Positions 45,812-57,726 of a stretch of DNA of 64,000 bases are shown here, piece after piece. Positions within the stretch are counted from its first letter, which is position 1; each line of letters begins with the position of its first letter. Under the pieces are notes generated by a model, which did not search any database, was not told where the DNA came from, and was given only the letters and a program-made list of their open reading frames with translations. Source of the DNA: Hydrolagus colliei (Eukaryota); assembly GCA_035084275.1 (NCBI GenBank), contig CM068757.1, positions 5,952,001 to 6,016,000 on the forward strand, given 5' to 3'. A program made the translations under genes and the position numbers.

Positions 45812-48790
45812 TCAGAATTCCTTGAGTAGTCCTTTAATTAGCTCTGGGAGTGGTAGAGCATCTATGTGGTCTTTGTCCTTGAGGTTCTGAAGGACCGTGT
45901 ACAAACACCATTCCTGTAGTGATCGGAAACGGCACCCCCTGACCCCAAGCTGAAGTTCTGTCTCGGCTGCTGTTGAACTGGCGATGGGATACAAGGATGT
46001 TCCAACCTGAGAATGGTTCAATAGAAAACTACTGTTAGTGATAGGGCAAATCCTGGTCATTAAATTACCTGCTTTGTAATCTGTAGTCAAAGGATAAAAC
46101 TAACCCACTCATCAAAGTAGCTCAGTCTTGGCTACTATGTTTTATTTAATCATACAGCCTAATGCTAGATAGTGAATGGGTGTTTGTGATGGGAACTTAA
46201 ACTTTCCAGCCGTCTTGTTTTCAACCTAAATGAATGTATTGTATTACCATTCTTATTATTCTCATTCTTTTGTGAATGTTGGCTCACTGACCAGTGCTAG
46301 CAAATTAACACCTTTTCATCGCTTGGCACCCATTGTCAGCATTAAGCATGGTCAAATGCAGAATAAAATTTACTGTACTCAGTAAATTTACTGTTAACAC
46401 AACTATTGCATCAATATACAGTCGATTCACTTTCCAGTGTATTTTATGAAGTGCTTTGAGACATCTAGAAGACATGAAATGAGTGAGATTAAATGCAAGG
46501 ATTATTAATATTACTATTATTATTATCATTACCACCAACACAATTTATTGCACATTTCCCACACCATCCACCATTGTGGCCAGTTGTGCAAACCTATTTG
46601 GGATATTTGTATATTTGCCTACAAAATACACAGTCACTACACTTTACAGTTACCTAATTAAAACTTGTGAAATGTTTTGGGACATCCTCCTGACATGAAA
46701 CACATTATATCAAATGTAAGGGTTACTATTATGTATTTTTCATGTCACGAGGATACCAAATGCTTTAAGTTATCTCTTAAATGCATGGATGATTTCTGTT
46801 TAATATAAATGGAGCACTCTGTACTTAACCTTGTGTCCCAGAAGACAATAAGTGCACAAAACAATTGTCTACGCCAAGGCAATCAGCATTGGTTACCTTA
46901 TTGAGGCCAGCAAATGCCACCCCCAAATTCTGTCCATTCCTGTAAAACGTCATAGTGCCAGCGTACAGGTTCAAGTTGATTCCTATGATTGTGGCTTGCT
47001 CATAGAACGGTTCAGTATACTGCCTGCTCTGCCCATCATGCCAGATCGTACCTTTGTAAGACAAACCCCAGCTTTCAGAATCCATTCCTGTGGGAGGGAA
47101 GGAAATAACCTTTTAATTTTAGCTCATTGTTATGGTGGGTTGGTTCCCCGCCACCCCCCACCCCACCCAACTAGTTTCCTGGTTTGGGACTTTGGGCATC
47201 TTTCTCACATCGACGGCTCAAAATAATAATCCTCACTATCCTAATAATAACTGGGATACAATGAGTCAGTCCTTCAATTACATCTGTGTGGTCCTGAAAG
47301 GTGTGAGATGCTGTAGCACCTTGGGCCCATCAACACATGAAGAAATCACCGACACTGCCATAAAAATGCTCCCTTTAAGAAAGGACATTCCCCAGGCACC
47401 CAGAGGAATGTGAGGGGGGGAAGCTGCATTTTTGCAGATTTACTTTAAAATCAGAGCTCTGTAACTCTCTTGGGATATATAGCACTACCCTACATTGGAA
47501 TAGAATTGAACAAGACACTCAAGTGTGATTTTAGGCATGTTGTTTCCATGTCCTCTTGATTATGAGGGACTATTGTGGAATGTAGAAATGTGTGCTCACA
47601 TCCAGTTACGTTTGTATGTTGACAAGTAATACACACATAACCCCAGAACAGTAAAGGTGCTTGGGGAAGACTGCATCTCAGGCCAGATTGGGTCCAGTGA
47701 AACCCAAGAAGGGAAATTCTCAAGCAATGTTGATTGTGACCTGAGGCAAGCATATGCTGTGCAAACGTGCTAAACCTCAACTAGTTTGGCACCCACAAGG
47801 CCGGGTTATGGACCGTATCATGCAATACGGACCCATACAAAATTCTTCCCCATTGTATATTGAAAGCTACTTACCGAGCATATTTATAAATTGATAATTG
47901 CCGGTATGCAGAAGTGCTCGTTTGGTTCCGGCCCCCACCATGACAGAAGTGCCGTAGGGAGGTTCTAGAAACTCAATTTCCCAGTAGTGCTCCCCGTGGT
48001 TGAAACCTACAGCAACAGGACAACCGTGAACACAAGGATGCATTTCATTACGTCTGTATTGACAATGTTAAAAGGCCACAATTATTGTCATTTCCGTTAC
48101 AACAGAGCTACACTTGGGATATATCTCCGTGCTTGAACACGATGAGAACTGCGCTACTCGGCACCGCATTAATTAACTGTGGAGTCCTGTAGCTCACTGG
48201 TTAGAGCACGCGCCTTATATGAGTGCGAGACCTGTGTTCGAATCCAGGCAGGTCAGGGCGAAACCTTGGGCAAGTTTCCTTACTCTACACATCTAATAAT
48301 AATCCCGCCAAAAAAAGCAATAATAAAATTGGTCCTTTCAAACCATGATTGTGTGCAATTGGCTGCCGTGTTTCACCTACGAGTATACAGTCAATTCACT
48401 TTACAGTAAATTCTGTGAAGCGTCTAGAAGATGTGAAAAGCGCTATATTAAATGCAAGGATTATTATTATATATGAGAATCATATTCTAAATGAACAGAT
48501 GCTACTGCAAGGTCTATGACTGCAAAATAGCAGATAATTTAACTTTTCTTTCAGCAAATAAGCCTCTAGTATTTCTAGCGTGAACACAACGAAAGTTTTA
48601 AGGAATAACCACCTTTTGTTCCTCTCACTCCTGCCGTACCTACACTTTTTAGGACTGGGTCGATGTGAAAGTAAACCGCTCTCCGGCAGGGAGAAAGTTG
48701 TGCCGCTGGTGACTTTGCATTGATGTCCCACTCCCAGCAATCCTCAGCAAAGCCATCTGAAATGGACTGAGGTACGGAGGAAGGCACCAT
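45812..48790 (-). CDS. SPRY domain plus SOCS box protein, SPSB3-like paralogue, 231 aa, 4 coding exons
   Basis: Exons 48790-48613, 48006-47875, 47087-46897, 46006-45812 (696 nt, in phase). WEWD..GTAGVRGTKGFNHGEHYWEIEF..PYGTSVMVG..SWGLSYKG..IIGINLNLYAGTMTFYRNG..LYPIASSTAA; SOCS box SLQEWC..LPLPELIKGLL. Confidence 0.9.
48181..48470 (+). mobile_element. Near full-length tRNA-headed Deu-domain SINE
   Basis: GGAGTCCTGTAGCTCACTGGTTAGAGC head, shortened Deu core, tail. Confidence 0.9.
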
Positions 48791-50079
48791 TCTTGGTCTA
48801 GAAGCAGAAACAGATCACGATAAGCTTCGGTTCTTGCAGTCAACTGTATGACCATTTCTACGTTAAAAAGAAATCCTACGCGTTGGGTAACAGGAGCGAG
48901 CTGTAAATAGTGAAATGTTCCTCGCCTCCTTCAAGACCCACCTCTCAAGACCCTCCGCTCCAAACAATCTCTCCTATCCCGAACCCTCTCCGCCCTCCAT
49001 CCCTCCCGATCCCAACCACCAGCTCGGGGGGGCTTTGGGACATCCTCCTGAAGCAAAAGGCGCTATACAAATGTCATTTGTTGTTGTTGTTCTTCAGGGA
49101 GGGGGAGAAGGAGCACAACCCGATAATAAGTGTATGCCGGTATTCCAACTGGATCAAATTAATCGCATTCTCGCTTCTGTTCCAGAGAGAGAATAAATGA
49201 TTTGATTGGGATGAAATTGAACTAAAGGCGTTTGGAAAAATGACGTCAAGATAGTTTCGCAAAACTCAAGCCTGGATCCACTTTTACAAGATTTAAAGCT
49301 ATTACACAAGGATAGGTAGTAACTCACAGGCTTGTGAATTGACAGCCATTTTCTACTTCTGATAATAGCTTACTGTTATTGTGCCTGTATCGATTGCAAG
49401 GATTAGTTTTTTTTTAGTTATTACTAAATACCAGCATTTGAATCATTGCTTAATTGACATAAATCGTTGTTTGAGCTGCCAACACAGCTCCACCTTCTTG
49501 CCCATGTGATTTGGGTGTAGAGAATTTTTTTGAAAATCGCAGTTGAACACATCGAATCGACGCGTTATTTCCTTGTTCGGGGGGTGGGGGTCAGCACGGG
49601 CATCGTTATAACAAGTCAAGGGCTGCAGTTATTATTGCTTCAACCAACACTCAAACGTTTCACTCGAAAGAGGATTGCTCACCCACTCGACCCTGTCTCA
49701 GGTTGGTGTGTGGGGCTGGCTCCTGTTGACAGTCGGATTTGGGAAGTTTGTGAAAGGGAAGGTTGGCTGTTGTAAACACACTACTCTCGCCAATGAAACG
49801 CCACAGATTGCAACAGCCCCCCCCTCCTTCCTCCCACCCACCCAGCCTCCCAAAACTCTTGTTGCCATAGGCTGCAGGTCAATCGCTAACACACAGCACC
49901 CCCCCCCACACCCACACACACAGCTCAGTCTCTCACGACAATCATGGCAATGTACAGGGCTGTACAGTACTGAACTTCAGGGCAAGTCTTTGATTCACAG
50001 TGGGAGCAAAACTCATTGAACGCTTTACCTTCACTGCTTTAAACATCCAGCAAGCAGACTGTCACTTGGTGATTATTAT

Positions 50080-50465
50080 TTGCAGATTACACCTCAAACC
50101 CCCCCCCCCCCCCCTCCACCCCCCCCCCCCCACACACACACACACACACACACACAAACTCTCTCATGTCACAAAAGTCTGTGTTTCAATTGCAGTGACG
50201 TCCAGGACATTGACATGCAGGATTTGCTCTGTGTTGTCATATCCACAGCTTCACTTCCCCCCCCCCCCCCCCCCCCCACCCCAGGAGGGAGATGTGAGCT
50301 TTGCCTGGGCTGTTGTGATGATTCCCATTGATCTGCGCTCACACTCACTCATTGATACACTTCTACTTGTATTTCCTTCAGTTGCACACAGAGTATGTTT
50401 GCCAAGAACCTTGGTGTGTGTGTCTGTGTGTCTGTGTGTGTGTGTTTTGGGTGGGGGGGGGAGAG
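50080..50465. repeat. Poly-C, (CA)n and (TG)n simple-repeat cluster
   Basis: C-runs 50099-50130 and 50257-50283; (CA)n 50130-50156; (TG)n-like 50413-50445. Confidence 0.9.
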
Positions 50466-51925
50466 GGAATCACAAACTCTGAAACTCTTAACTCCTAAAT
50501 TGGTGAAAGGGACAATTTGTTCTGCACAGCAGCTGAAGATCTCTGACACCAGGAACAAATTCGGGATTGAGACCATGTTTAACGCCATCAAAACACCCAG
50601 TTTGCCACATCTCTGGGATGAGCTGTGTCTGTGGGATGTTGGCAATTAGCCCATAAATCTATTCTTCTTAATATTATGATTACTATTTTGTTTAACCAAT
50701 TGACAAGGCTCCCACGAAGGAACACAATAATACATCATTGATTGGCACTTCGATTTTCTCGTTCTCTTGACTTATTCTAATTTGACTTTTTAAATATATG
50801 TATTGTATATATAGGTGAACGCCTAGTGATTATGCTAGAAATAAATCCCCCACGAGTTTCATGCCCTGAGGTGCTTTATCGCGTCATTGAAACGTCTCAA
50901 AACGTTTCACAGGATATATATTTTTGCAACCATGAAAAATGTATCTCGCTGGTCTGTCTGTCTGTCTGTCTGTCAAAACTGCAGTTTGTGGGTGAACTGA
51001 GCAAAGTATTTGCGCTTTGCATGATCCATTTTATATGGGGGGTGGAGGGGGGGATTATTAACTGTGATGGTAAGATTTCACACAACATCTGTATTAACCT
51101 CTGGATTAAAGGTTATGTTTCAACGTTATAACTGGTCTGGAAATACTGTGTTGGGGTCCCAACCAAATATAACCAACTGGAATTGGGGGGGGGGGGGGGG
51201 AAGGTCTGTTTGGACCAAATAGATGATATCAGTGACAAACGAGAGGTGACAGTGGGCTGATTACTCACTTGCTCTCCATTAACTCCCATTGACTGCAGCC
51301 TCCCTCCCTCCCTCCCTCTGCAGCATTCACAACAGTCAGGGTGGGATTTGATGCTTGGATAATGAAACTGTTTTTCCTCTGGCTTTTATTCTGAATTCCA
51401 ACCCTATTCACGCACAGTGATCGTGACATAAACTCAGGGATTTGCCCTCGGCGTGAAGTGGGTGGGGTGGGGTGGGGAGCAATTCTCAGACACGTTTGTT
51501 ATTCATTGATCCAAATGTTCACTGGCAATGGCAGGACAGGGAAGGGTTGCCTCTCGGGCAAGCCCATGGTAAGAGCAGGCTACCCTGGGCTGTGATTATT
51601 GCTGCTTTCAATAGGCGTGCACCTCAACAAGAGGCGTTTTCACAGGACACAGAGAGATTGCCAGCGTGAAACATGAGAGAGAGAGAGACAAATGAATGCT
51701 TTGGAGCTATTTTAGCTTTGGTGTCTGATAGTGGTTCCAGTGTTTTTTTTTAAAAAAGAAAAATCAGACCCAACCCAAGAGTTACAGCACAGGAAGGTTT
51801 CGAGAGATTTCACAGATTGTAAGGAATCAAAGTACAATCTGGGTTTGCTTTACTGCACCGGAATTATGTGTGGAATTAACTAGAATTAACTTTGGGTTTG
51901 CAGAATGGCTTTGGCTTCACACACA

Positions 51926-51956
<31 letters not shown>

Positions 51957-53804
51957 TATTAGGTGTAAAATAGAATTGCCCATTTAAAGCTAGTTTCACA
52001 GCTTGTAATCATTTGAATTTGTTTTATGGCGGGAGTGGGGGGGGGGGGGGGATGGGTTGGGGGAGAAGAGCTGGAGAAAGTTTCAGAGTTTTTGCTAATG
52101 GTTAGGAATCATTCCCAATCCACCAAATACACTTTTTTTCTAAAAAAAACAGAGACATGTGCAATAAGCAAGTTAAAACAATTATCATTTTCTTTTGATT
52201 TACTTGAAAAATTTTGTATTGTATTTTCACAATTAAGTGTGTTTTCCCTCCCCCCCCCCACCCCACCCCTACCGGCCTTTCCTGTCTTGAAAGTGCCTTA
52301 TTATTATATAACCTAGGTTGGTGTGTAGCCCTACAGATAGCAACACCCCTCTTCTTGTACATTGCCAATTGCCGACCTGGACAGAGATAGTTTGTGGTCA
52401 ATGTTTAATAATGATAATAATAATCCTTGTATTTGACATAGCGCTTTGCGTGTCTTGTAGGCTGTGGGAAGGCGGTTCAGAGAGGGTTAGAAGTCACCAG
52501 AGCCAACCTTGGTGTTCTGATTGATTGACACCAACATGCCTTTTCTTGAAAGGGCTCTTTGGATAAGAATCAGAAGCCAAATTCCTCACTTACTATGCTG
52601 GGAAAACACAAGCTGATTGGTAACCCACCCACTTTGTGGTCCCCTGAGATCAATTCACTCACCACAAACCACACACCCAACCTGACTGATGGCTTCAAAT
52701 CCTCAAAGTACTGCATCGGTTTGACCCACTGAACAGTCAGGAATGTGCAAGAAAGCAGCTGCCAGCAGACAATTATTACCAATTATGAGCAAAAATGCAG
52801 AGGGTGTAGGGAGCTGCTTATTATTTGCAGTAGCACAATATTATAATCTTTTATTTTCCCTCAGAATGCCCCCAAATCAGAGCCAGGGTTCTACGTGCTC
52901 TGTGTGGTTCTGATCACAAAACACGCACAGGTAAATCATGATGATCTACTGTAACACATGGGTGGAATGCCTTGTACTGTATACAGCCTCAACATGTTCC
53001 CAGTTTAATTCTGGAATGCTCGGAGTACCTGTGAGTGATAAATCCAGATCTTATATTCATATCTTACGTTCATATTTTATTATAAGTCTTGATTCATCAA
53101 GACGTCCTGCAACCCCGCAAAACATTCAATTCAAAAGCTATGGTAACAATTTTGTATAATGTGAAATTACTACTGAGGTGAATGTGAACCATGTGTCCCT
53201 CAGTGCATTCTTGAGGCCAGCGAAGCCGTCGCTGCATAAAATGTATCTCTAAAGCATGCAACAAACCCGAATGAGTGTGGATCACCATCTGAAAATACGT
53301 GAGACTGTGTTGCTCTGTGGTGCTGAACCAAAACATGGCCACAGGACTGTCTTAATTAATTATGCCCATTTGCTCGATTTCATTATCACGCCACATTCAA
53401 TGACAGAACAATATGAGAGTAAAGAGGAGCGGTCTCTGACATTCTGTTCATTTCCCAAATGTAAAAACGAAGCAGTTGTATGTGCATTGCTCCAAAAATC
53501 AAATGACAAAATCCAGATGTTGCCTCTCCCATTGGAATTATCTGCGCATTGTGAAGCATTTTGCAGGCAGATTGTATATTTTTTGTGTACTAAATATGTG
53601 ACCAGTGAAATTGATGCATTTTGCTCCATTTCATTGATGACAATTTGTGGACAATTTTATTTTTAACCATTCTGATGCACGCTTCCTACATTCAAAACAC
53701 TTCAACGTTATTGTGGTCACACACGTTGTTATTGTGCAACAATAAAACATATTTTTTACATCAAGGAAAACTTCCAGTACCGGTTCAGGGTCAGGTTTTC
53801 AGAA

Positions 53805-54240
53805 CTTTGATAGTAATCCTGCATTTGGAATAGAGCCTTATCACGTCAGAAGGATGTCTCAAAGTGTTTCACAGGATCATTATTATTATTTACTGTGGAG
53901 TGATGGTGCATTTGCAGGCAAATATGGCAGCACGATTGTGCACAGCAATGTCCCACAAACAACTGTGGAGTGGGTGACTAATTTTATTAGGGGGATTGTT
54001 GGCGAGGACACTGGAAGAGAGAAACTCCCTTCTCTTTTCAAATAGTGCCAAGGGATCTTCAACATCCACCTGAACAGGCAGATGGGACCACCATTTAACA
54101 TCTCATCTGAAGCACCTTCAACATTGCAATACCCCCCAGCACTGCTTTGTATTTTAGACTAAGTGAGTTCAAGGCCCAACTTGGGATTCGAACCCACAAT
54201 CTTCTGACTCTGAGGCGAGGTAACCAATGAGTCAAGCGAA
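53805..54240 (-). mobile_element. Longer (approx. 430 bp), more decayed Deu-domain SINE subfamily copy
   Basis: Tail, Deu core and an extra internal segment (GGATCTTCAACATCCACCTGAACAGGCAGATGGG..TTTAACATCTCATC), ending in GAACCCACAATCTTCTGACTCTGAGGCGAG; related pieces at 21640-21805 and 23540-23725. Confidence 0.75.
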
Positions 54241-55374
54241 GGCCTGAAATTTCACTTTGTTTTTTGTAAGCGTGTCCTACTGACTTAGTTTGAAAGTCTG
54301 TGTAGAATTGTGAAAAATTCTTAATTTAGAAACAAAAAGACTTCCAAATTGAGACTGAATTGAAAATATTTCCACAATTTTGTGCTATCTAAAATTTTGA
54401 AACAAAACTGCCATGAGACTAAGTGGACTTTCAGGTCAATGGAGTCAACATTAATTTTCTCAGAACTACCATCATTGTTAAACTGCACAAACAAGCATAT
54501 ACTGCACCCCAGTTCACACACATCAAACTCGCTCTGATTTGGAAATTATCAGTACCAATTCTGAGGCAAGGCAATTGGACGGATGAAACAAATAAGATAA
54601 ATAGTCTTGGTAAATTGTGGATTCCGAGCAAGACTAAATGAGTTTAAGAAGGAATTTGTGAAAGTGGCTGAAAGTTGCTGCCAATAGGAATAAAAATTGG
54701 AAAACAATGAAGACAATGATTATGTAAAGGATGCAATCACATTATGTTATGAAGACAGGATAGAAATATTTTACATGTATAAGACCCTGGCAGTGGTAGC
54801 AATGTGTCTGCAGGTGACAACTGAAGCCCAATTATTTCCCACAGGATATGAAGAAGATTGCAGCAGTTCAGTGGTTCTGGATCTCCAGACTATATCTAAA
54901 TAACCAAGGTTCATACCTTTCTGTTACACAAATAGATGGACAAAGTCCAAATCTGCCTATTTCTGAGAGCTGCACACCTCATTACTTCCAACTCTTATGG
55001 ATAATGTTACTTAGGATGCAGAAAATCCAACTAAAATAATTGGTAACAATAGAAGCTTGTCAGTAAAGTTGATGCAAAGTTTCTTGTATAAACATCTGCA
55101 AACAACTAGTGGCTTTGCTTTTTCTTCTTGCCTATTACTGCTTTTTCCCAGATCTGGTTACTTTGCGGTGATAAGATTACACAGAAAATCGTTTTTAATG
55201 TATAAACTACAAATATCGTTTTTTCCAGAGAAGTCTATATTTCATTGTCTATTATTACAAACAATGCAATAAAAAAGCTTAAGAGGATATTTCAGCAGAA
55301 ACACAACAGCTGATTTAGATTATTATATCAATCCAGTTTTGGTGTTTTTTTGTGGTTCAAAGCAAATATTTTCA

Positions 55375-57726
55375 CTATAAAGTTGTCTCATATTCTACAA
55401 TTCTCTGGTTTCCAGCTACGCAGGGTGAGCTCCGATCAGAGTACCTCTGGTTATTCTCCCTTTGCCACACTTCGCCATTTGTGGAATTAACGTCAACTTT
55501 GATTTCATCTTCCGTGTCATACTCAGTTAAGACTTCTTCACCATTTGCCTCAAGAATACATTCAGATCCTTGCATTGTGTGACTTTGCTCCGTGGTTTGC
55601 TGCAAGACGTATAAAACAGCATCGTGGACACTGTTGAAAGTAAAGGTTTGTTTGGTGGTTTTGAAGTAATCGTGTTCTCTTAAGCCATTTAAAACTGCGT
55701 TAGAACAACTGGTGAGGACAAAGTCAATCCCTTTACATTGGTATTCCTTAAACAAGCATATTAGACCTTTAGCCCCTGCATCATCTATAAAACTAATTGA
55801 TCCACAATCCAAAATGACAGTATGTACGTTAGCAATATGTATGGATCTTCTGTGTCTGTACAGCGCTGTGTGACTAATCCGCCTCAGTGCATTTTCATCC
55901 AATGCAAGGAATTGCGTGGATTCCCGTAACATATTATCTTTGTCTTCTTCACTGTACGCGGCACTCTCAGCTCTCGAATTCCCGCTGGGCAGAAGCGAAC
56001 TACTCACTTTGCGTTTCACCCAGGCCAAAAAAAAATCAACGTTGCCATAATAAACAGAATCGAAGGTTTTTATCATTTTAATTCCCAGTATCTCTTTGGC
56101 GGACTTCTCGAAGGACAAGTCGGTGTAGGTCTCTGTGTTGGGAATGTGGCCCAATATGGCAATCGAAGGTCTTTGAAGTCTGTGGAGAGCGAGCAAAAGG
56201 GAAAAGAATACACCAACTGCTAAACCAATATCAATCCCGAGGAGACACACCGAGGCAAATGTAACAATTCCCGCCAGAAAATCGTATTTGTTCCTCCTGC
56301 ACACAAAACAGTACTTCCTGAAGAACTCAAAGTAACAACCCAGGTTTGCGATTACAATCGCACCGAGGACAGTTTTGGGCACAAGTGGAAGGAAGAATTG
56401 GCCGCAGCACAGAGCAGTAAGGCAAAGACTTGCCGCTACCAAGCCTGAGCCTTGGGTTTGACCCCAACCTTTTCCTTGCACCACTGTTTGCTCACAAACT
56501 CCAGAGACGGCAAAAGCACCCAGAAACGAGAGGACCAGGTCACAAAACCCTAAAACCACAGTCTCGCGATGCGGGTGATAACTCTGACTGTGCTTTTTGG
56601 AGATCTCATTCCCCATTGAGGAACTCACGACAAAAGTCACCAATGCAATGGAAACAGCATCTGCGATAACACTGGCTATTAAGGAGAGCGAAGGGAGGAC
56701 GAGCTGCGGGGCAGTAAATGGATGGCTGTTTATCAGCCGGAAATTATAGTTGTCCTCCAGATCCAACCAGAATGTCATCCCGATGGCGATAGCCATGACA
56801 ATGAACTCTATGGGTAAGAGATGCCTACTGTAATTATAGTTTATTACCTTCAAAGGAATCAGAAATGCTAATGTGGCTATACCAGTAATGAGAGAGCCAA
56901 TGTTTATTTCATCACTTTCAATGAGATCCTTGAGAGTGTAGACAAGTGCCAACGGGCCATGATGGATTGAACCGTCAACACCAAGCAATATGGTCAGCAG
57001 GATGATTATTAAATTAATAGCCGTCCCTGCTTTGAAGCCATCCATGACGGGCTTGGAGATGTACATCCGCAGGAAACTCAGGCGGAAAATCCCCATTAAA
57101 ATCAAAATCGTTCCAGAGACACAAGTGAGAGTAACCACATGCAGCTCCCTTGAGCATTTTGGAGAACAGTCGCTGTCAGAAACAAGCTCCTCGGATTCCA
57201 TGTGGCCAACGTGTTTGGCAACGAGCAAAGCAGTGAATGCAGACGCACCGTAGGACATGTGTTGCGTTGTTCCAAGCAAGCAATATAAGACTGTAGTGAT
57301 CAAACTTGTGTAGAGTCCATTAATAGCTGGCTGCCCTGCAATGACTCCATATGCCAGGGATAACGGAATAGTTAAAAGGCCCACACTGAGTCCCGACAAT
57401 AGGTCGCCCAACAACCATGTTTTGACTTTGTACCCATAAAACCAATTAAGGAAAGGGAATGTGCTCCAAACCAGCTTCTTTACATTGTGCGAGACCGGTA
57501 AATTTAGCTCAGAAATCCTGCTCTCATATTTGGCCAGTTTTTCTTCATTATGGCCATCTAAGCGTTCACAGTACGGGATGCTGAGAGTGAATGACACTCG
57601 ATGTGCTGTCTTCTTATTGAAGTTGTAGTTCCTGTCGGTTCTGATCAGAGGGACACTCGAACCGGACGGATCTTGAATGACATCGCTGGACCAGAAGGAT
57701 TCTGAACTTCCCAACGTATTTGCCAT
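55375..57726 (-). CDS. Intronless divergent SLC26 (SulP) family protein with STAS domain, 783 aa
   Basis: ATG 57726 in strong context (ACCACGATGG). FPFLNWFYGYKVKTWLLGDLLSGLSVG, GLYTS..LYCLLGTTQHMSYG, QTQGSGLVA, VPKTVLGAIVIANL, DFLAGIVTF..LLGIDIGL, LQRPSIAILGHIPNTETY; STAS HTVILDCGSISFIDDAG. Subfamily not assignable by eye. Confidence 0.93.
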   Translation of the reverse strand: MANTLGSSESFWSSDVIQDPSGSSVPLIRTDRNYNFNKKTAHRVSFTLSIPYCERLDGHNEEKLAKYESRISELNLPVSHNVKKLVWSTFPFLNWFYGYKVKTWLLGDLLSGLSVGLLTIPLSLAYGVIAGQPAINGLYTSLITTVLYCLLGTTQHMSYGASAFTALLVAKHVGHMESEELVSDSDCSPKCSRELHVVTLTCVSGTILILMGIFRLSFLRMYISKPVMDGFKAGTAINLIIILLTILLGVDGSIHHGPLALVYTLKDLIESDEINIGSLITGIATLAFLIPLKVINYNYSRHLLPIEFIVMAIAIGMTFWLDLEDNYNFRLINSHPFTAPQLVLPSLSLIASVIADAVSIALVTFVVSSSMGNEISKKHSQSYHPHRETVVLGFCDLVLSFLGAFAVSGVCEQTVVQGKGWGQTQGSGLVAASLCLTALCCGQFFLPLVPKTVLGAIVIANLGCYFEFFRKYCFVCRRNKYDFLAGIVTFASVCLLGIDIGLAVGVFFSLLLALHRLQRPSIAILGHIPNTETYTDLSFEKSAKEILGIKMIKTFDSVYYGNVDFFLAWVKRKVSSSLLPSGNSRAESAAYSEEDKDNMLRESTQFLALDENALRRISHTALYRHRRSIHIANVHTVILDCGSISFIDDAGAKGLICLFKEYQCKGIDFVLTSCSNAVLNGLREHDYFKTTKQTFTFNSVHDAVLYVLQQTTEQSHTMQGSECILEANGEEVLTEYDTEDEIKVDVNSTNGEVWQRENNQRYSDRSSPCVAGNQRIVEYETTL

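Noticed and set aside
52865-52930. CPQ..CGSDHKT resembling a Kazal domain
   Set aside because: Cys spacing is wrong, the conserved Tyr and later Cys residues are missing, and there is no signal peptide or start codon.
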